Assembly: GCA_013239625.1 (NCBI GenBank)
Contig: MU053934.1
Location: 10,765,003-10,829,002 of the forward strand
From: Lama guanicoe
Lineage: Eukaryota
Length of the DNA stretch: 64,000 nt
Direction: 5' to 3'
Position 1 is the stretch's first letter. Every line of letters begins with the position of its first letter. The position numbers and the translations under genes were made by a program. The notes under the pieces were generated by a model. The model searched no databases and was not told the origin of the DNA. It saw nothing but the letters and a program-made list of their open reading frames with translations. Shown piece by piece: positions 11,580 through 24,255 of the stretch.

Positions 11580-12879
11580 CTGGGAGGAGCAGAGGGCCTG
11601 TGTGGCCGGGGCACGGGGAGCTGGGCTCCGCAGGAGCTGTCCCTTCACCCTGGGGGCCCGGGGACCTGACAGCAGAGCTGCTGGCTGACCTCCACAAGGT
11701 GCCTGCAGCCGGGCCGCAGTGAGTGTGTGCAAACACCAGGAGAGGACCCTCCCAGGATGCCCGCCTCGGGACGGGCCCTGTCCAGCGCTGGGCAGTTGAC
11801 CAGCCTGATTCCCAGTGCAGCCCCGGGGGCTATGCACTATTATCCCAAAAGTCAGGAGATGAGGCCCAGAGGGCAGACGGTGCACATGAAGTCACAGAGC
11901 TAGTCGGTGTGGGGTCTAGATCCAGCCCAGGGCCCAGGCTCCCCTGCCATGTCGCCTAGGGCAAGGTGGCCAGATGCCCCTGCAGGCTCCTGGGGAAGGG
12001 GAGGAGGTCTGGCCTCGGAAGCAGGATGGTGCTTGGAAGGTTGGTCCCAGGACACCACTCAGGGGTGGAGGTGTCAGAGGAGATGGAGAGTTGGGTGACC
12101 AGTAGACCACAGAGAAGGTCAGCATGGATGGGAGTTAGTGATGGATCAGCGGGGCAGACCTGGGTCAGGTGGGCATGGGGGGTGGTTGCATGGAGCACAG
12201 GGGGTGACCACGGCCATACCACCCATGGGCCATCGCCTGGAGAGCAGGGCTGGCGTCCGCCGAGGCTGTGGCGAGGTCTGGGGACTGCTGGCTGCAGGAA
12301 TCCCTGTGAGGTGCTGGTGATGGGGTCACACGAATCTGGTGGTGTGGGCACCCAAACCAGCGCCTCTCTCTTATGGCTGAGCACCGGCTTCAGTCTGTAA
12401 CCCCGCCCCCTTTGATGCCCTGTTTTGGGCTTAAATACTGATGGTGAATGCCTTTGCCATCCAGCCAAACAGGATGTGATTCTGTGCTCGGTGAGGAGCC
12501 ACCAGCTAAGGACCCTCCGTATCGGATGCCCCCCTGGTGGGGACGTTCCCATCTTACACTCTTTTCTGGGGTATCCCCACCCGGTTTTCAGGGTGCTTTG
12601 GTACCCAGGCAGGTTGGGGTGGAGGGTCAACCATCACGTCGTCATTGGCTTTCATGTTGTTCTGGGAGCATCACAGCAGAATCTCTGGGGAAAATCAGTC
12701 AGGGAGAACGGCGTGTTTTGGTGAATCCCATGAAACTGGCGATTCCTAGGCTGGCTATTGCAAGGGCGGGAGGCTCAGCCTCGGGGATGGGGAGGACCAC
12801 AGACAGAGCCCTCACCTGGGCGGCCTCCGTTTACTCAGCACCGTGTCTCCACGTTGAGAGACGCGAGGCTTCCAGGGGG

Positions 12880-13060
12880 GACGAGAAACGGCTTGGCCTG
12901 GAGAGCCGGCCTCGGCCCGGGGGCCCCAGCCGCCCGCGGAGCCTGGGGAGGCTTTAAGCTGCCGCGCGGCCGCTCAGCTGCGCCCACGGCCCTCCTGCCG
13001 CCCCTCCCGGGGCGGGGACGGGCGTGGAGGAGGCGCGTCCCGGCCCCGGGATTCCCAGCT
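12880..13060. promoter_or_regulatory. Small CpG-rich patch with GC box
   Basis: Dense CpG (gccgcgcggccgc, ccggggcggggacgggcgtgg). Confidence 0.35.
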
Positions 13061-13574
13061 CGTTTCTTGCTGATGTGGCATCAGGGCCACTGTTACTCCC
13101 GATGGTCCTGCTCATGCAGTGTGGCTGTGGAGCCAGACCGTCAGCTCCGTGTTGTGCCTTTGCAGACATCATACCTCCAGAATTGCACATCCGTGTTCCT
13201 GTCGCAAGACTGCAAACAAAAAGGGCCAGAAACACGTGACAAGGAGCAGCGGACGGGAGGGGCTGGCGGTTTAGAGCAGCAGACTGCCTGGGTGCTGAGC
13301 ACGAGGCTGGGGCGCGAATGGGGAGGGGACACTGTCCTTTCCTTCTGAGCCGCAGTCAGGGTTACCCTGGGCTTTGCCCTCCGGGCCCTGCGTCGCACCG
13401 AGTGCTTAGCAAAGGGTGAGGCTCGCTCCTGCTTGGCTTGCAGCGGTCCATTTCCCCCCTTTCTGACCCCGGGATGTCTGCAGACGCAGGGCCCGTGAGT
13501 GTCACCCCCCAGGAAGATTGCTGCCGCTGCTTTGTCCACCTGGATGCATGACAGCAGCCGTGAGCACGTCTGGG

Positions 13575-14109
13575 TTTTTTAATGGTTACATTTTTAAACA
13601 TTGAAGTCTAGTCAGTTCACAACATTGTGTCCATTTCTGGTGCACAGCGTGATGTTTCCGTCGTGGATGTACATACGTACATGTTCCTTTTCATGTTCTT
13701 TTTCATCATAGGTCGCTGCAAGGTATTGAATATAGTTCCCTGTGCTGCACAGTAGGACCTTGCTGTTTACCTTTTTTATATATAGTAGTTGATATCTGTA
13801 AATGCCAAACCCCCAATTTATCTCTTCCCACCCCCTTTCCCCGCTGGTAACCATAAGCTTATTTTCTATGTCTGTGAGTTCATTTCTGTTTTGTAAATAA
13901 GTTCATTTTTGTCTTTATTTTTAGATTCCACATATGAGTGATATCATATGGTATTTTTCTATTTCTGGCTTTCTTCACTTAGAATGATGATCTCCAGGCC
14001 CATCCATGTTGCTACAAATGGCATGATTTTATTCTTTTTAATGGCTGAGTAGTATTCCATTGTATAAATGCACCACAGCTTCTTTATCCAGGCACCTGTT
14101 GGTGGACAT
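13575..14109 (-). mobile_element. 5'-truncated L1 3' end (camelid/artiodactyl type)
   Basis: 'tagattccacatatgagtgatatcatatggtattttt...atggctgagtagtattccattgtataaat', also shared with the L1 at 2981-4013. Confidence 0.9.
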
Positions 14110-14168
14110 ACAGATCTAATGCAATCCTTAATAGGACATTTTCCACAGAACTAGAACAAATAATCCCA
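14110..14168 (+). mobile_element. Inverted L1 ORF2 fragment joined to the 5' end of the preceding L1
   Basis: 'acagatctaatgcaatcc...cattttccacagaactagaacaaataatcc' is sense-strand L1 ORF2 sequence (region normally encoding FNAIP...FFTELEQII). Confidence 0.7.
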
Positions 14169-16329
14169 CCAGCGCTTCTGGAGGAGCGCCCGTGTACCTG
14201 GAGAGACAGTGGTTTCTCCAGAGAGAGTGGTGCCCTTGAGGGCCTCATTGTCATCTGTTTTCCAGCACCTTGAAGCTGCAGACCCTCGGTGGTGACTAAC
14301 CCGTCAAACCCCGGCCCCTCCTCTTCCCTGCGCCCGACTCCCCCACAGGATCCTTCGGAGCTCAGGGAGGGCAGGGGTCCCACACCCCCTGGCTCTGAAG
14401 TACCAGGTGCATCCCTGTTGGGCTCGTGGCCGACTCCCCGCTGTCAGCTGCGGCTCAGCACTGCAGAACTAGCAGGGGCTAAGCGGGTGTTACTGGGGTA
14501 AATATAATTTACAGCTTCTTAACACGGTTTGAAGTTCAGAAACATAGAGAGAGGAAAAAATCCAGCAGCAGCACTAACTTCACCAGACCCTCCCCCTTCG
14601 GAATTTTTAAAACTTGCATTTCAAAGGGATTTGGAACTTCTTCCAACTCAATTCATTGAGCTGCCACTTTGCAAGCTCCGCTTGATTCCTGAGCTCATCA
14701 TGAATATTATGAATTCTGTATTTTTACACCAGGGCTCTTTGAAGTCTTATCCTTAAAGAGCAAAAACTTAACCTAAGTGCAACTTTCTGTTTTTTGTTTT
14801 TTAATAGAAAAGTGTGTGCAGCTGCTACAAAGTTCACGTTCAACAGCCACTGAAGGGCTGAAACACACACTTGAAAGTAAACAGCTTTGTGGAAGCGCAC
14901 CCTGCGGAGCCGGGAGCGGGAGCAGCCGCTCAGAAGAACCAGTTCGGGTCCTGCCAGGTGACGCGGGGGGGATTTCGACAAGACGCTACTGAGCTTGGAA
15001 AGCAAGGTGCTGAAAGCTGTGTGCGATAAAATTCATGTTTGCAAAACAATGACACAGTATGCAGGCTGCTGATTTATGTCCAGGCATCTGTATGCAAACG
15101 TGTGTCTACATGTATGTGCACTGTGCACGTGTGTGTGTGACAGACATGTGATGTGTGTGCATGCACGTATATAACACACACATGAGTTCCGGAGACTAGG
15201 CTGTATGGATTTCCCAGTGCCGGAGGGCGGTGCACGCTGTGGGTCAAAGAAGGAGAGCAGAAGGGGACGCCAATAAAGAAGAATTTAAAAATTAGGCATT
15301 TAGAAAAAAAATGATGTGCTTTTATGCATTTTTTGGTAAAATATGTATAGAAATCTGAGTATGTTTATAATAAATCAAATTTAGAATAAAAAGGAAAGTG
15401 AGGGTTGGGTAACCCTCAAAGATGAAATGAAATGAAAACGTCTAACAAAGGGCTTGCTAAGTGGGGAGTGAAGTCTGGCTGCAATGACTTTGACCGTTGT
15501 CAGAGTTGCTACTACCATTACCGCAGACTCGGCGCAGCCAGGGCGCGGGCCACACTGGCCTCTGGCCACTGTCAGCAAACATCACCGCTGCACCTTTCTG
15601 GGTTTGGCTCCCCAGCCCGGCCAGCTCTGGGGAGTGTGCTGTCTGGGAGTCCCCAGGCACACACTTGGCCGTCGCTGTTCCGGAGTGCCCCCACCCCAGT
15701 GGTTCACCCACTCAGCACACCGTCCGCTGTCTCCTTCTCCTGGAGAACCTCCTCTAGAATGACCCTGGGTTGTCCAGAGGCCCCCAGGTGTGGCCTAGGC
15801 TCAAAGCCCCCTCTCTGGGGAGATCCGGTTCTCACCTGCAGGGCTGCCGGCTGTCAGTGAGCGGTGGGCAAGATGTGCCGGGGACTGGCTGGGGGCTAAC
15901 GTCCCGTCTCGCCCGGAGCCCCCGGCCAGCCGCTGCACCCTCACTCAACACAGCAACGTGTCCTTCACCTAGAACTAGACGCAGGCCTGCGCGCCCTCCA
16001 GGACAGGGGTTTGCCCTCGGTTCTCAAGTACCTGCAAAGTGTGTGGGGGCTCTGAACATCACTGTCATTAGCAGAAAACAAAAGGCTGGATTAGACAAAG
16101 CTAACCTGGCACCCTCCCCGGACTCTGGCTCTGACGAGGCTCCGTGCCACCACCGCACGTCTGCCCACTTTTCTGTCGTACGCTTTTCAAAATGCATCTC
16201 ACAGGTGGATTTCTCTGAACCTGCGAGTGAAGAAGTATTAAACCGCCAGGCCCAGAGGACTCCGGGGTTGCCATCCTGCTGCGCCCGGGCTTAGGGTGGT
16301 CAGGAAAGGACCCGGAGCATCAGTAAAAA

Positions 16330-19300
16330 TACAACAAAGACCAGGAATGTCTGGTTGTGCCCGTGATGGAGGGACGGGGCCAGACTGAGCGCCCCTCACA
16401 GCCAGTGTGGGGTCCGCAGGGGCCTAGGGGAGGGCCTGAACTCCCATCCTCCAAGCAGTATGAGAGGCTCCCTCCACTGAATGGAGGCCAACTTAGATCC
16501 TGACTTCCACCCAGTAAAGAGGGGGGTCCACCTCCCTCGCCAGAGAGTTTCCAAAGAGGCTACTAAAACACAGTATTTAAATAAGAATCAGAAACTCATA
16601 AAATAATATCCAAAGAGTCCAGTTTTCAGCTGAAAATCACCCATCACACCAAGAACCATTAGGATCTCAACTGCGATGCGTAAAGACAATCGGCTGCCAA
16701 CGTTAAGATGGCACCGATGTTAGATCTGTCTGAAAAGGGTATTTAAAAAGCCATCTCAGAAATACTTTGAAGAGCAATTTCAATCATTCAGGACAAATGG
16801 AAAACACATAAAGTCTCAGCCAAGAAATCAAAAAGTTCTGAACTGAAAATTTTAGGACAGAAAATGGAAATTACAGAGCTGAAAATAAAATATTGGGCAT
16901 AAAAATCCTCAATGAACTCAACAGGAGAATGGAAAACTCCGAGGAAAGAGTCAGTGAGCTGGCCGTGAGCAACAGAGATCACCCGATTCGAACCACAGAG
17001 AAAATAATGAAAAAAGCTAACTAACAAATTAACTAACTAACTAAATAAAAACAACAGACTCTCAGGGACATGGAGGACTGTAACAGAGAATGTAACACTT
17101 GTGCCAGGGGAGTCCTGGGGGAGAGAAGACAGAGGGTAGGGCTGAAAAGTATTCAGAAAAAATAGTAGCTGGACATTTTTCAGATTTGGCAAAACATATA
17201 AACATTCAAATTCAATAAGCTGAGCAAATTACAGCAAAATAGACCAAAAACGATATCTCTGTTTTTATGGGAGAATTTTCTAAGTATTTAAAGAATTCAT
17301 TACCAATTTTAGATCATCTCTTCCAGAAAACTGAAGCAGATACACGATTTTCCAACTCCTTTTCTGAAGCCAATGTTATTGACACCAAAGCCAAAGTCAG
17401 AAAAAGCTTAAAAATAAAAATTGCAGATTAACATTCAAATATGAATATAGATGCAAAAATTCTTACCAAAATACTGTCAAGAATTCTTAACAAAACACAA
17501 TGATATGCCAGTGAATTATACACCGTGACCAAGTGAGATTTATTCAAGCCGTCAAGACTAGCTCAATATTTGAACATCACTAAATGCAATATACCATATC
17601 CACAGGCTAAAGAAAAAAAATCACAACCATATCAAATGATGCATAGAAAGCATTTGACAAAATTCAACATCCATTCTATATATATTAAAAAAAAACACTC
17701 TCAGAAAACTGGGAATAGATGAGTAGACAAGAAAAACATGTCAGTGTTCAAACTATGAGTTCGAACAGGATAGGTCATATTTCAGCTTCCTCAACTTGAT
17801 AAAGAGCAGCTACAAAACACCCTCCAAAGAAGGCCGTGCCTAGTGGTGAGAGACCGAGCACTTTTGTCCTGAGCGGAAGCAAGGCCGGGATGTTGTCCCC
17901 CCTCACGCCTACCCCACACGGCGCTTCAAGTGCCAGCCAGCGCACGGTAAGGCAATGCAAGAGAATGAAGCCTGTGCAGTTTGGAAAGGAAGGAACAGAA
18001 TGGTTGCTATTTGCAGATGACATGATTATCCACACAGAAACCCCATCAGAATCCACACACAAAAAATGATAATCGCCTGCTTCTAATAACTGAATCCATC
18101 AGCATCACAGAATACAAAGTCAACATTTGAAAACGGTTGTATTTCCATACAATAGCAATACACGTGTGATAACTGAAGCTAAAAAGTAAGTACCATTTAT
18201 AATTGTTCAAAAAATGAGATATTTAGGTGTAAATGTAACAAAATGCGTGCAGGACTTGTATGCTGAAAGGTACCGAAGGCTGATGTCGGAAATCAAAAAA
18301 GATGTAAATAAATACAGAGACATACCATGATCATGGATTGAAGGTTCCACATTGTGAAGATGTCAGTTCTCCCTTAAACTGATACACGAATTTAATCTAA
18401 TTCTTGCAAGAATCCTAGGAGTGCAGATATACACAAGTTAACTAAAATTTTCATATGGAAAGGCAAAGAAATTAGAGAACAAGACAGCTTTGAAAAGAGA
18501 AATAAAGCGGGTGAATCACTCTACTTGACTTACAGAGACCGTAGTCAAGGCTGCACGGTGTCGGCAGGGGGATAGGCACAGACGGAGAACCCAGAACCCG
18601 CTCCACACGAGTACAGCCAATAGACACACGACAAAGGTGAAGGGGTGCCGGAGCAACTGGAAACCCACACACAAAAAGCAGCCTCAGCTCAAGCCTCACA
18701 ACTCACAAGAGAAGTAACTCCAGATGGATCCCAACTTAAATATAAGTTGTAGAACATTAAACTTTTAGAAGATTATACAGAAGGAGGTATTTGAAACCCA
18801 GGGCATGGCAAGGAGTTCTTAGAAATGACACTAAACAAATTATTCAAAAAGGGAAAAAATGATAAATCAGTTTTCATCAAAATTAAAAACACTTGTTTTG
18901 CAAAAGACCATGTGAAGAGGTTGAAATTTCAAGCTGAATCCACACACCTGACAAAAGACAAGTATCTGGAATTTACAAAGAATGTTCAAAGCACATTAAA
19001 TATTAAGTAAAAATACCAACCACCCAAATTTAAAAATCCAATAGAAAATGGGCAAAAAGCATGAAGACAATTGTTCACAGTAACTGTATTTGTAACATCC
19101 AAAACCTAGATACAACCAAATGTTCCCCAGTGGGTGAACGGTTAAAAACACCGTGACACACTCACACCACGGAATACTACACAGTAACAAACAAGGATCA
19201 AATTCTGAAACATACAAGTCTTGTGTGAATCTTGAATCTCAAGAACATTGTGATGAATTTAAAAACACTGCGTTCAAAAGGTAACATGCTATATAATCCC

Positions 19301-19645
19301 ACACAGACTGAAAAAAGAAAAAAAGATTAGTGCTTGTCAGGGATTAGGGTTGGTGTGAGAAAGGAAGGTGGATGTGATGATAAAGGTGTAGCATGAGTGA
19401 GATTCTCATGATGGTGGACTAGCTCTGTGCCCTGAATTTGGTCGTGGCTGCAATAACCCACACCTATCCTAAAGTGACACAGAGCCACGCACACACATTG
19501 TACTGACCTCGATTTCCTGGCACTGAGATTGTACCATAACTATGTAGGATGTAAACATTGGGGAAGTCTGAGTGCCTGAGACCTCTCTGTAAGATTTTTA
19601 AAACTTCTTGTAAATCTATAATTACTTCTAAATAAAAGATTTAAA
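16330..19645 (+). mobile_element. Old LINE-1 (L1MC/L1MD-like), rearranged ORF1, ORF2 and 3' UTR
   Basis: RT-region remnant LFADDMII (ORF 17836..18069). 3' end 'gatgtaaacattggggaag...cttgtaaatctataattacttctaaataaaag'. Confidence 0.85.
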
Positions 19646-20660
19646 GCATCTGTGCTGCTCTTCCCAAATGTATAGGCACCAGAGGAGAGGCTAAATGGAG
19701 AGATAATAAAATGCCAGGAGCAAGGTTTCTTAAGAAATGGGGCAAGTAACAATTTTCATGCATATCATGCACTTGGCAGAGTTTAATTTTTCTGATGAAA
19801 TTGGGATTAAGATAAATTAGTATTTATTAAGATTAGTGATGTAGTAGTTATTTACAAATTTTATGTGATGCAACTCTTTGAAGAAAAACAGTAAAATGTT
19901 GGCATGCTGGTGCAATGACAAGGTGGAACAGTATTAAGAGCAACAAAATTTGTGGCATGGTGCCTTAATAGACAAAGTTACAGATAACCCATTGCCCTCT
20001 GGAGGTTTAATATCTAGTAGGTAAAACAAAACACTCAGACAAATTATATTAGTATGGCACAATTTTAATAAATGTCATCCTGCCATCCATGATTAACTTA
20101 CAAGTGAATGGAAGAGATAAAAAGTATTTGGGGAATTCAAAGTACTAAGAAATTACAGCTGATTGAAGGTGAAGCTGCTGTTTACTGGAGAAACATAATC
20201 TCAAAGGGGTCCTGATGGAGACCTTGAATAGTATTTATGTCAATGAATTCTTTTGTTTGTGCAAGTTAACAAGACATTATGGCTGATTTGAGGATCAGCA
20301 AAACTGTCTTAAAATTAAAAATAAATGAATAAAAATCAAAAGGTTTGAAAACAATAGCAAGATTAAAGTAACATAGTGCATACAGGGAAACAAAGATGAG
20401 GATGACTACTGACTTCAACTCAGAAACAATGCAAGTCAGTAGACAGTTAAGTAACACCTTGAAAGTATGGAAAGAAAGAAAAAAATCTGTCAGTTTTAAA
20501 CCAGTTTAAATACCTTCAAAAAAACCAGACTTTTTAGACTTCCAAAACTGAAAGAATTCAGCAGCAACAAACCCCTGCTTCAAGAAAGGTTAAAGGTCCT
20601 CAGGCAGATGGAAAATGATACAGGTAGTATCTACATACAGGATTAAAGAAGCCAGGAATT

Positions 20661-20799
20661 GGGGGAGGGTATAGCTCATGGGTAGAGTGGCTGCTTAGCA
20701 TGCAAGAGGTCCTAGGTTCACTCTCCAGTACTTGCATTAAATAAATAAATAAATAAATAAACCTAATTACCCACCTCCCCCCACCCCCATGCACAAAAA
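20661..20799 (+). mobile_element. tRNA-derived SINE of camelid type (Vic-1-like)
   Basis: gggggagggtatagctc (A box), ggttcactctcc (B box), then (AAAT)n and 'aaacctaattaccc'. Partial flanking repeat aagccagg on both sides. Confidence 0.88.
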
Positions 20800-20981
20800 G
20801 CCAGGGGCGGAAATTGCCTGGGGAAACATTAAAGGCATAATTTCCTTATTTAAATATCTTTTTAGTAATCTTTCCTGTTTGAAGCAAAAATAAAAACAAA
20901 TGATTATAAGGTTTATAACATTTGTAGAAGTAAAGCATATGACAGCAATAGTGCAAAATCTGGAAGGAACAGGATAAAATA

Positions 20982-21199
20982 CATTTGACTCTTGACCAAT
21001 GCACGGGTTAGGGACACTGACCCTCCTTGAAGTTGAAAATCCATGTGTAACTTCACAGTCAGTGCTCAGTATCTGTGGATCTGCATCCTTGGATACAACC
21101 AACTGCAGATTATGTAGTAAGGTAGTAGGCATTTATTGAAAAAATCTGCATACAAGTGGACCCATACAGTTCAAACCTGTGGTGCTCAAAAGTCAGCTG
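20982..21199. mobile_element. MER8/Tigger2-family MITE
   Basis: Degenerate TIRs catttgactcttgaccaa / gtgctcaaaagtcagctg. Internal 'aagtggacccatacagttcaaacc'. TA at the left flank. Confidence 0.8.
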
Positions 21200-22220
21200 T
21201 GTATTGTTGTAAGGTTCTCACACTCTAGGGAAATAGTGGAAGGTAGACCACGGGGAGACAAAGATCTGTACTATCACCATAAGGTAACTACTACAACAAA
21301 ACAGCAGTAAATTAAAGGTAAGGAGCCAATAAAAGAGATAAATGGAATCATAAAAAAAAATCAAGTAATCCAAACAAAGTTTTTAAAAGAGAAAAAAGGA
21401 AAGAACAATAGGACAAACAGAAAACAAATAGCAAAGTGGTAAATTCGAACCATATCATAATCTCAGTAAATGCAAATGAGCTGAACACCAAGTTAAGAGG
21501 CAGACATTCTCAGAGCAAATAGAAAAGCAAGCCATAACGTTATACTGTTTACAAAAACCCATTTTATATTAAAAAACACAATTAGATTACAATGTAAAAG
21601 AATGAGTAAAGATAGACCATGTTAACACCAATTAAAAGAGTTGAGCTATCTCTATTAATATCAGACAAAGTAGATTTAAGAGCAAAGAAAATGATTAGAG
21701 GTAAGAAAGTCATTTTATATGATAAAGGTGTTAAATCATCAAAGGGGACGTTACAACATTAAATGTTTATGTGCCTAATAACATGACTTCAAAAAAACAT
21801 AAAGCATAAACTGATAGAAATAAAAGGAGACAAAGATAAACCCACAATGATAGTCAGAAGGTTTAACATCATTTTGTCAGGAATGTATCTAAAATTCAAA
21901 GACAGAAAATCTGTAAGGATATAGAAGATCTGAACCACCCTATTCGTCAACTTGATATAATTGACATTTATAGAGAGCTCTACCAAGCAATGTCAGATCG
22001 CATTCTTTCCCAGTGTGCATGAAAAATTCACAGTGATAAGCTGTCTTTGGGCCATAAAACAAGTTCCAATAAATGTTAAAGGATTCAAATAATATGTTCT
22101 CTGTCCAAATAGATCTTTGTCCACAGAAATCATAAGATCTAGATCTCTGGAAAACCTCCAGATATTTGGAAACTAAATAACACTCTTTTAAATAACTCAT
22201 GTATCACTGAGAAATAAAAG

Positions 22221-22396
22221 AAGAAATTAAACGTTTTGAACTGTATGAAAATTAAAACATAATGTGTCATACAGACTTGTGTTTTTCCATTTTTGATTTC
22301 ACTGAGCTCTATTTGATATTGTCAATTCCTTTTCTTCTGCTTATTTTTGACACATTATGTTTTAATTTTCATACAGTTCAAAACGTTTAATTTCTT
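22221..22396. repeat. Perfect 49-bp inverted repeat with 78-bp spacer
   Basis: 22221-22269 (aagaaattaaacgttttgaactgtatgaaaattaaaacataatgtgtca) is the exact reverse complement of 22348-22396. Confidence 0.97.
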
Positions 22397-22735
22397 ATTT
22401 GTGGTTACCAGGAGGGTAGAGGGTGGGAAGGGATAGACTGGGATTTCAAAATTGTAGAATAGATAAACAAGATTACACTGGATAGCACAGGGAAATATAC
22501 ACAAAATGTTATGATAAATCACAGAGAAAAAAATGTGACAATGAGTGTGTATATGTCCATGAATGACTGAAAAATTGTGCTGAACACTGGAATTTGACAC
22601 AACACTGTAAAATGATTATAAATCAATAAACAATGTTAAAATAAAATGAAATAAAGATAACACGTAAAAGTAAAAAAAAAAATCACCAGGATTAAGAAAA
22701 TAAACTAAGAATTGAATAGATTGTTAAAAAAAAAA
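22397..22735 (+). mobile_element. Young L1 3' UTR fragment with double tail (probable 3' transduction)
   Basis: Closely similar to the reverse complement of ~3000-3235. An A-rich tail runs to 22682, then extra sequence with AATAAA and a second poly(A). Confidence 0.9.
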
Positions 22736-22869
22736 TGGAAAAACAATAGAGGAAGTCAATGAAACCAAATGCCAGACCTTCGAAAGCACCGATCAAATTG
22801 ATAAATGTCTAGCTAGGCTGGTCAAGACAAGAAAAGCAGTGAGCAGAGTTACTGATACCAAGAATGAGA

Positions 22870-24255
22870 CACACGCCTATGGTCAACTAACCTCTGACGA
22901 AGGAGGCAGGAATGTACAGTGGAGAGAACACAGTCTCTTTGGCGACTGGTGTTGGGAAAGCTGGAGCCACACGTAAATCAACAGAGGCAGAGCACTCCCT
23001 CACATCACACACAAAAATAAACTCCAAGGGGCTGAACGACATAAATCTCCTAGAAGAAAACAAACGGAACGTTCTCTGATATAAACCACAGCAACGTTCT
23101 CCTAGGACAGTCTATTAAGGCAACGGAAATAAAAGCAAAAATAAACCAATGGGGCCTAATTAAACTTATAAGCTTTTGCACAACAAAGAGAACTATAAAC
23201 CAAATGGAAAGTCAACCTGTGGAATGGGGGAAAATATTTGCAAATGATGTGACTGACGAGGGCTTAATTTCCAGAATATATAAGCAGCTCATACAACTCA
23301 GTAACAAAAAAACAAACAACCCAATCCAAAAATGGGAAGAAGACCTAAACAAACAATTCTCCAGTGAAGACATGCAGATGGCCAATTAGCACATGAAAAA
23401 AAAGCTCAACATTGCTAATTATGAGGGAAATGCAAATCAAAACTACAATAACGTATCACCTCACACCAGCCAGAATGGCCGTCATTCAAAAGTCCACAAA
23501 TGACAAATGCTGGAGAGGCTGTGGAGAAAAGGGAGCCCTCCTACATTTTTGGTGGGAATGTAGTTTGGTGCAGCCATTATAGAAAACAGTATGGAGATGC
23601 CTTAAAACACTAAAAACAGACTCACCGTATGATCCAGCAATCCCACTCCTGGGCAATATGTGCCCCGGACTCTAATTTGAAAAGATACGTGCTCCCCAGT
23701 GTTCATAGGAGCACTGTTTACAGTAGCCAAGACATGAAAGCAACCTAAATGTCTATCAACAGAGGACTGGATAAAGAAGCTGTGTACATATGTGTATAAT
23801 GGAATACTACTCAGCCATAAAAATAAAATAAAACCATTTATAGCGACATGAATAGACCTGGAAATTGTCATACTAAGTGAAGGAAGCCAGACAGAGAAAG
23901 ACAAATGTCATATAAAGATACCACTTATATGTGGAATTAAGAAAATGACATGAATGAACATGTTTACCAAACGAAAACGGCCTCATAGACATGGAAAACA
24001 AACTTATGGTTACAGGGAGTGGGAGGGAGGGAGAAGGGGGGATAAACTGGGAGCGTGGGATTAGCAGATACAAACCACTCTATATAAAATAAGTAAACAG
24101 CAAGGTCCTGCCGTGCAGCACAGGGGACTACATTCAGAACGCTGCTGTAGCCTATAATGAAAAAGAACACGAAAAGGAGTATGTGTGTGTAACTGGATCA
24201 CTGTGCTGCCCACCGGAAATTAGCACGACGCTGCTAACTGGCTGCGCTTGACCAG
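22870..24255 (+). mobile_element. 5'-truncated L1 (ORF2 3' part and 3' UTR), intermediate age
   Basis: ORF2 remnant [26 protein letters not shown] (23204..23389) and a typical 3' UTR. Confidence 0.92.

Larger units (their letters stand above)
20340..22870 (+). mobile_element. Old LINE-1 (ORF1 end and ORF2 endonuclease region) hosting SINE, Tigger and young L1 insertions
   Basis: EN-region remnants 'ctattaatatcagacaaagtagatttaag' and 'gggccataaaacaag'. Resumes at 22731 as 'aaaaatggaaaaacaatagaggaagtcaatgaaacc'. Confidence 0.85.

Noticed and set aside
20661..20735. tRNA-like sequence
   Set aside because: The stems are degenerate and it continues into an (AAAT)n tail and SINE body, so it is a tRNA-derived SINE, not a tRNA gene.
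22221..22396. miRNA precursor or MITE interpretation of the inverted repeat
   Set aside because: Arms and spacer are all old L1 ORF2 sequence and the geometry is explained by target-site rearrangement. The 78-nt loop is unlike a pre-miRNA, and there is no transposon-type TSD.
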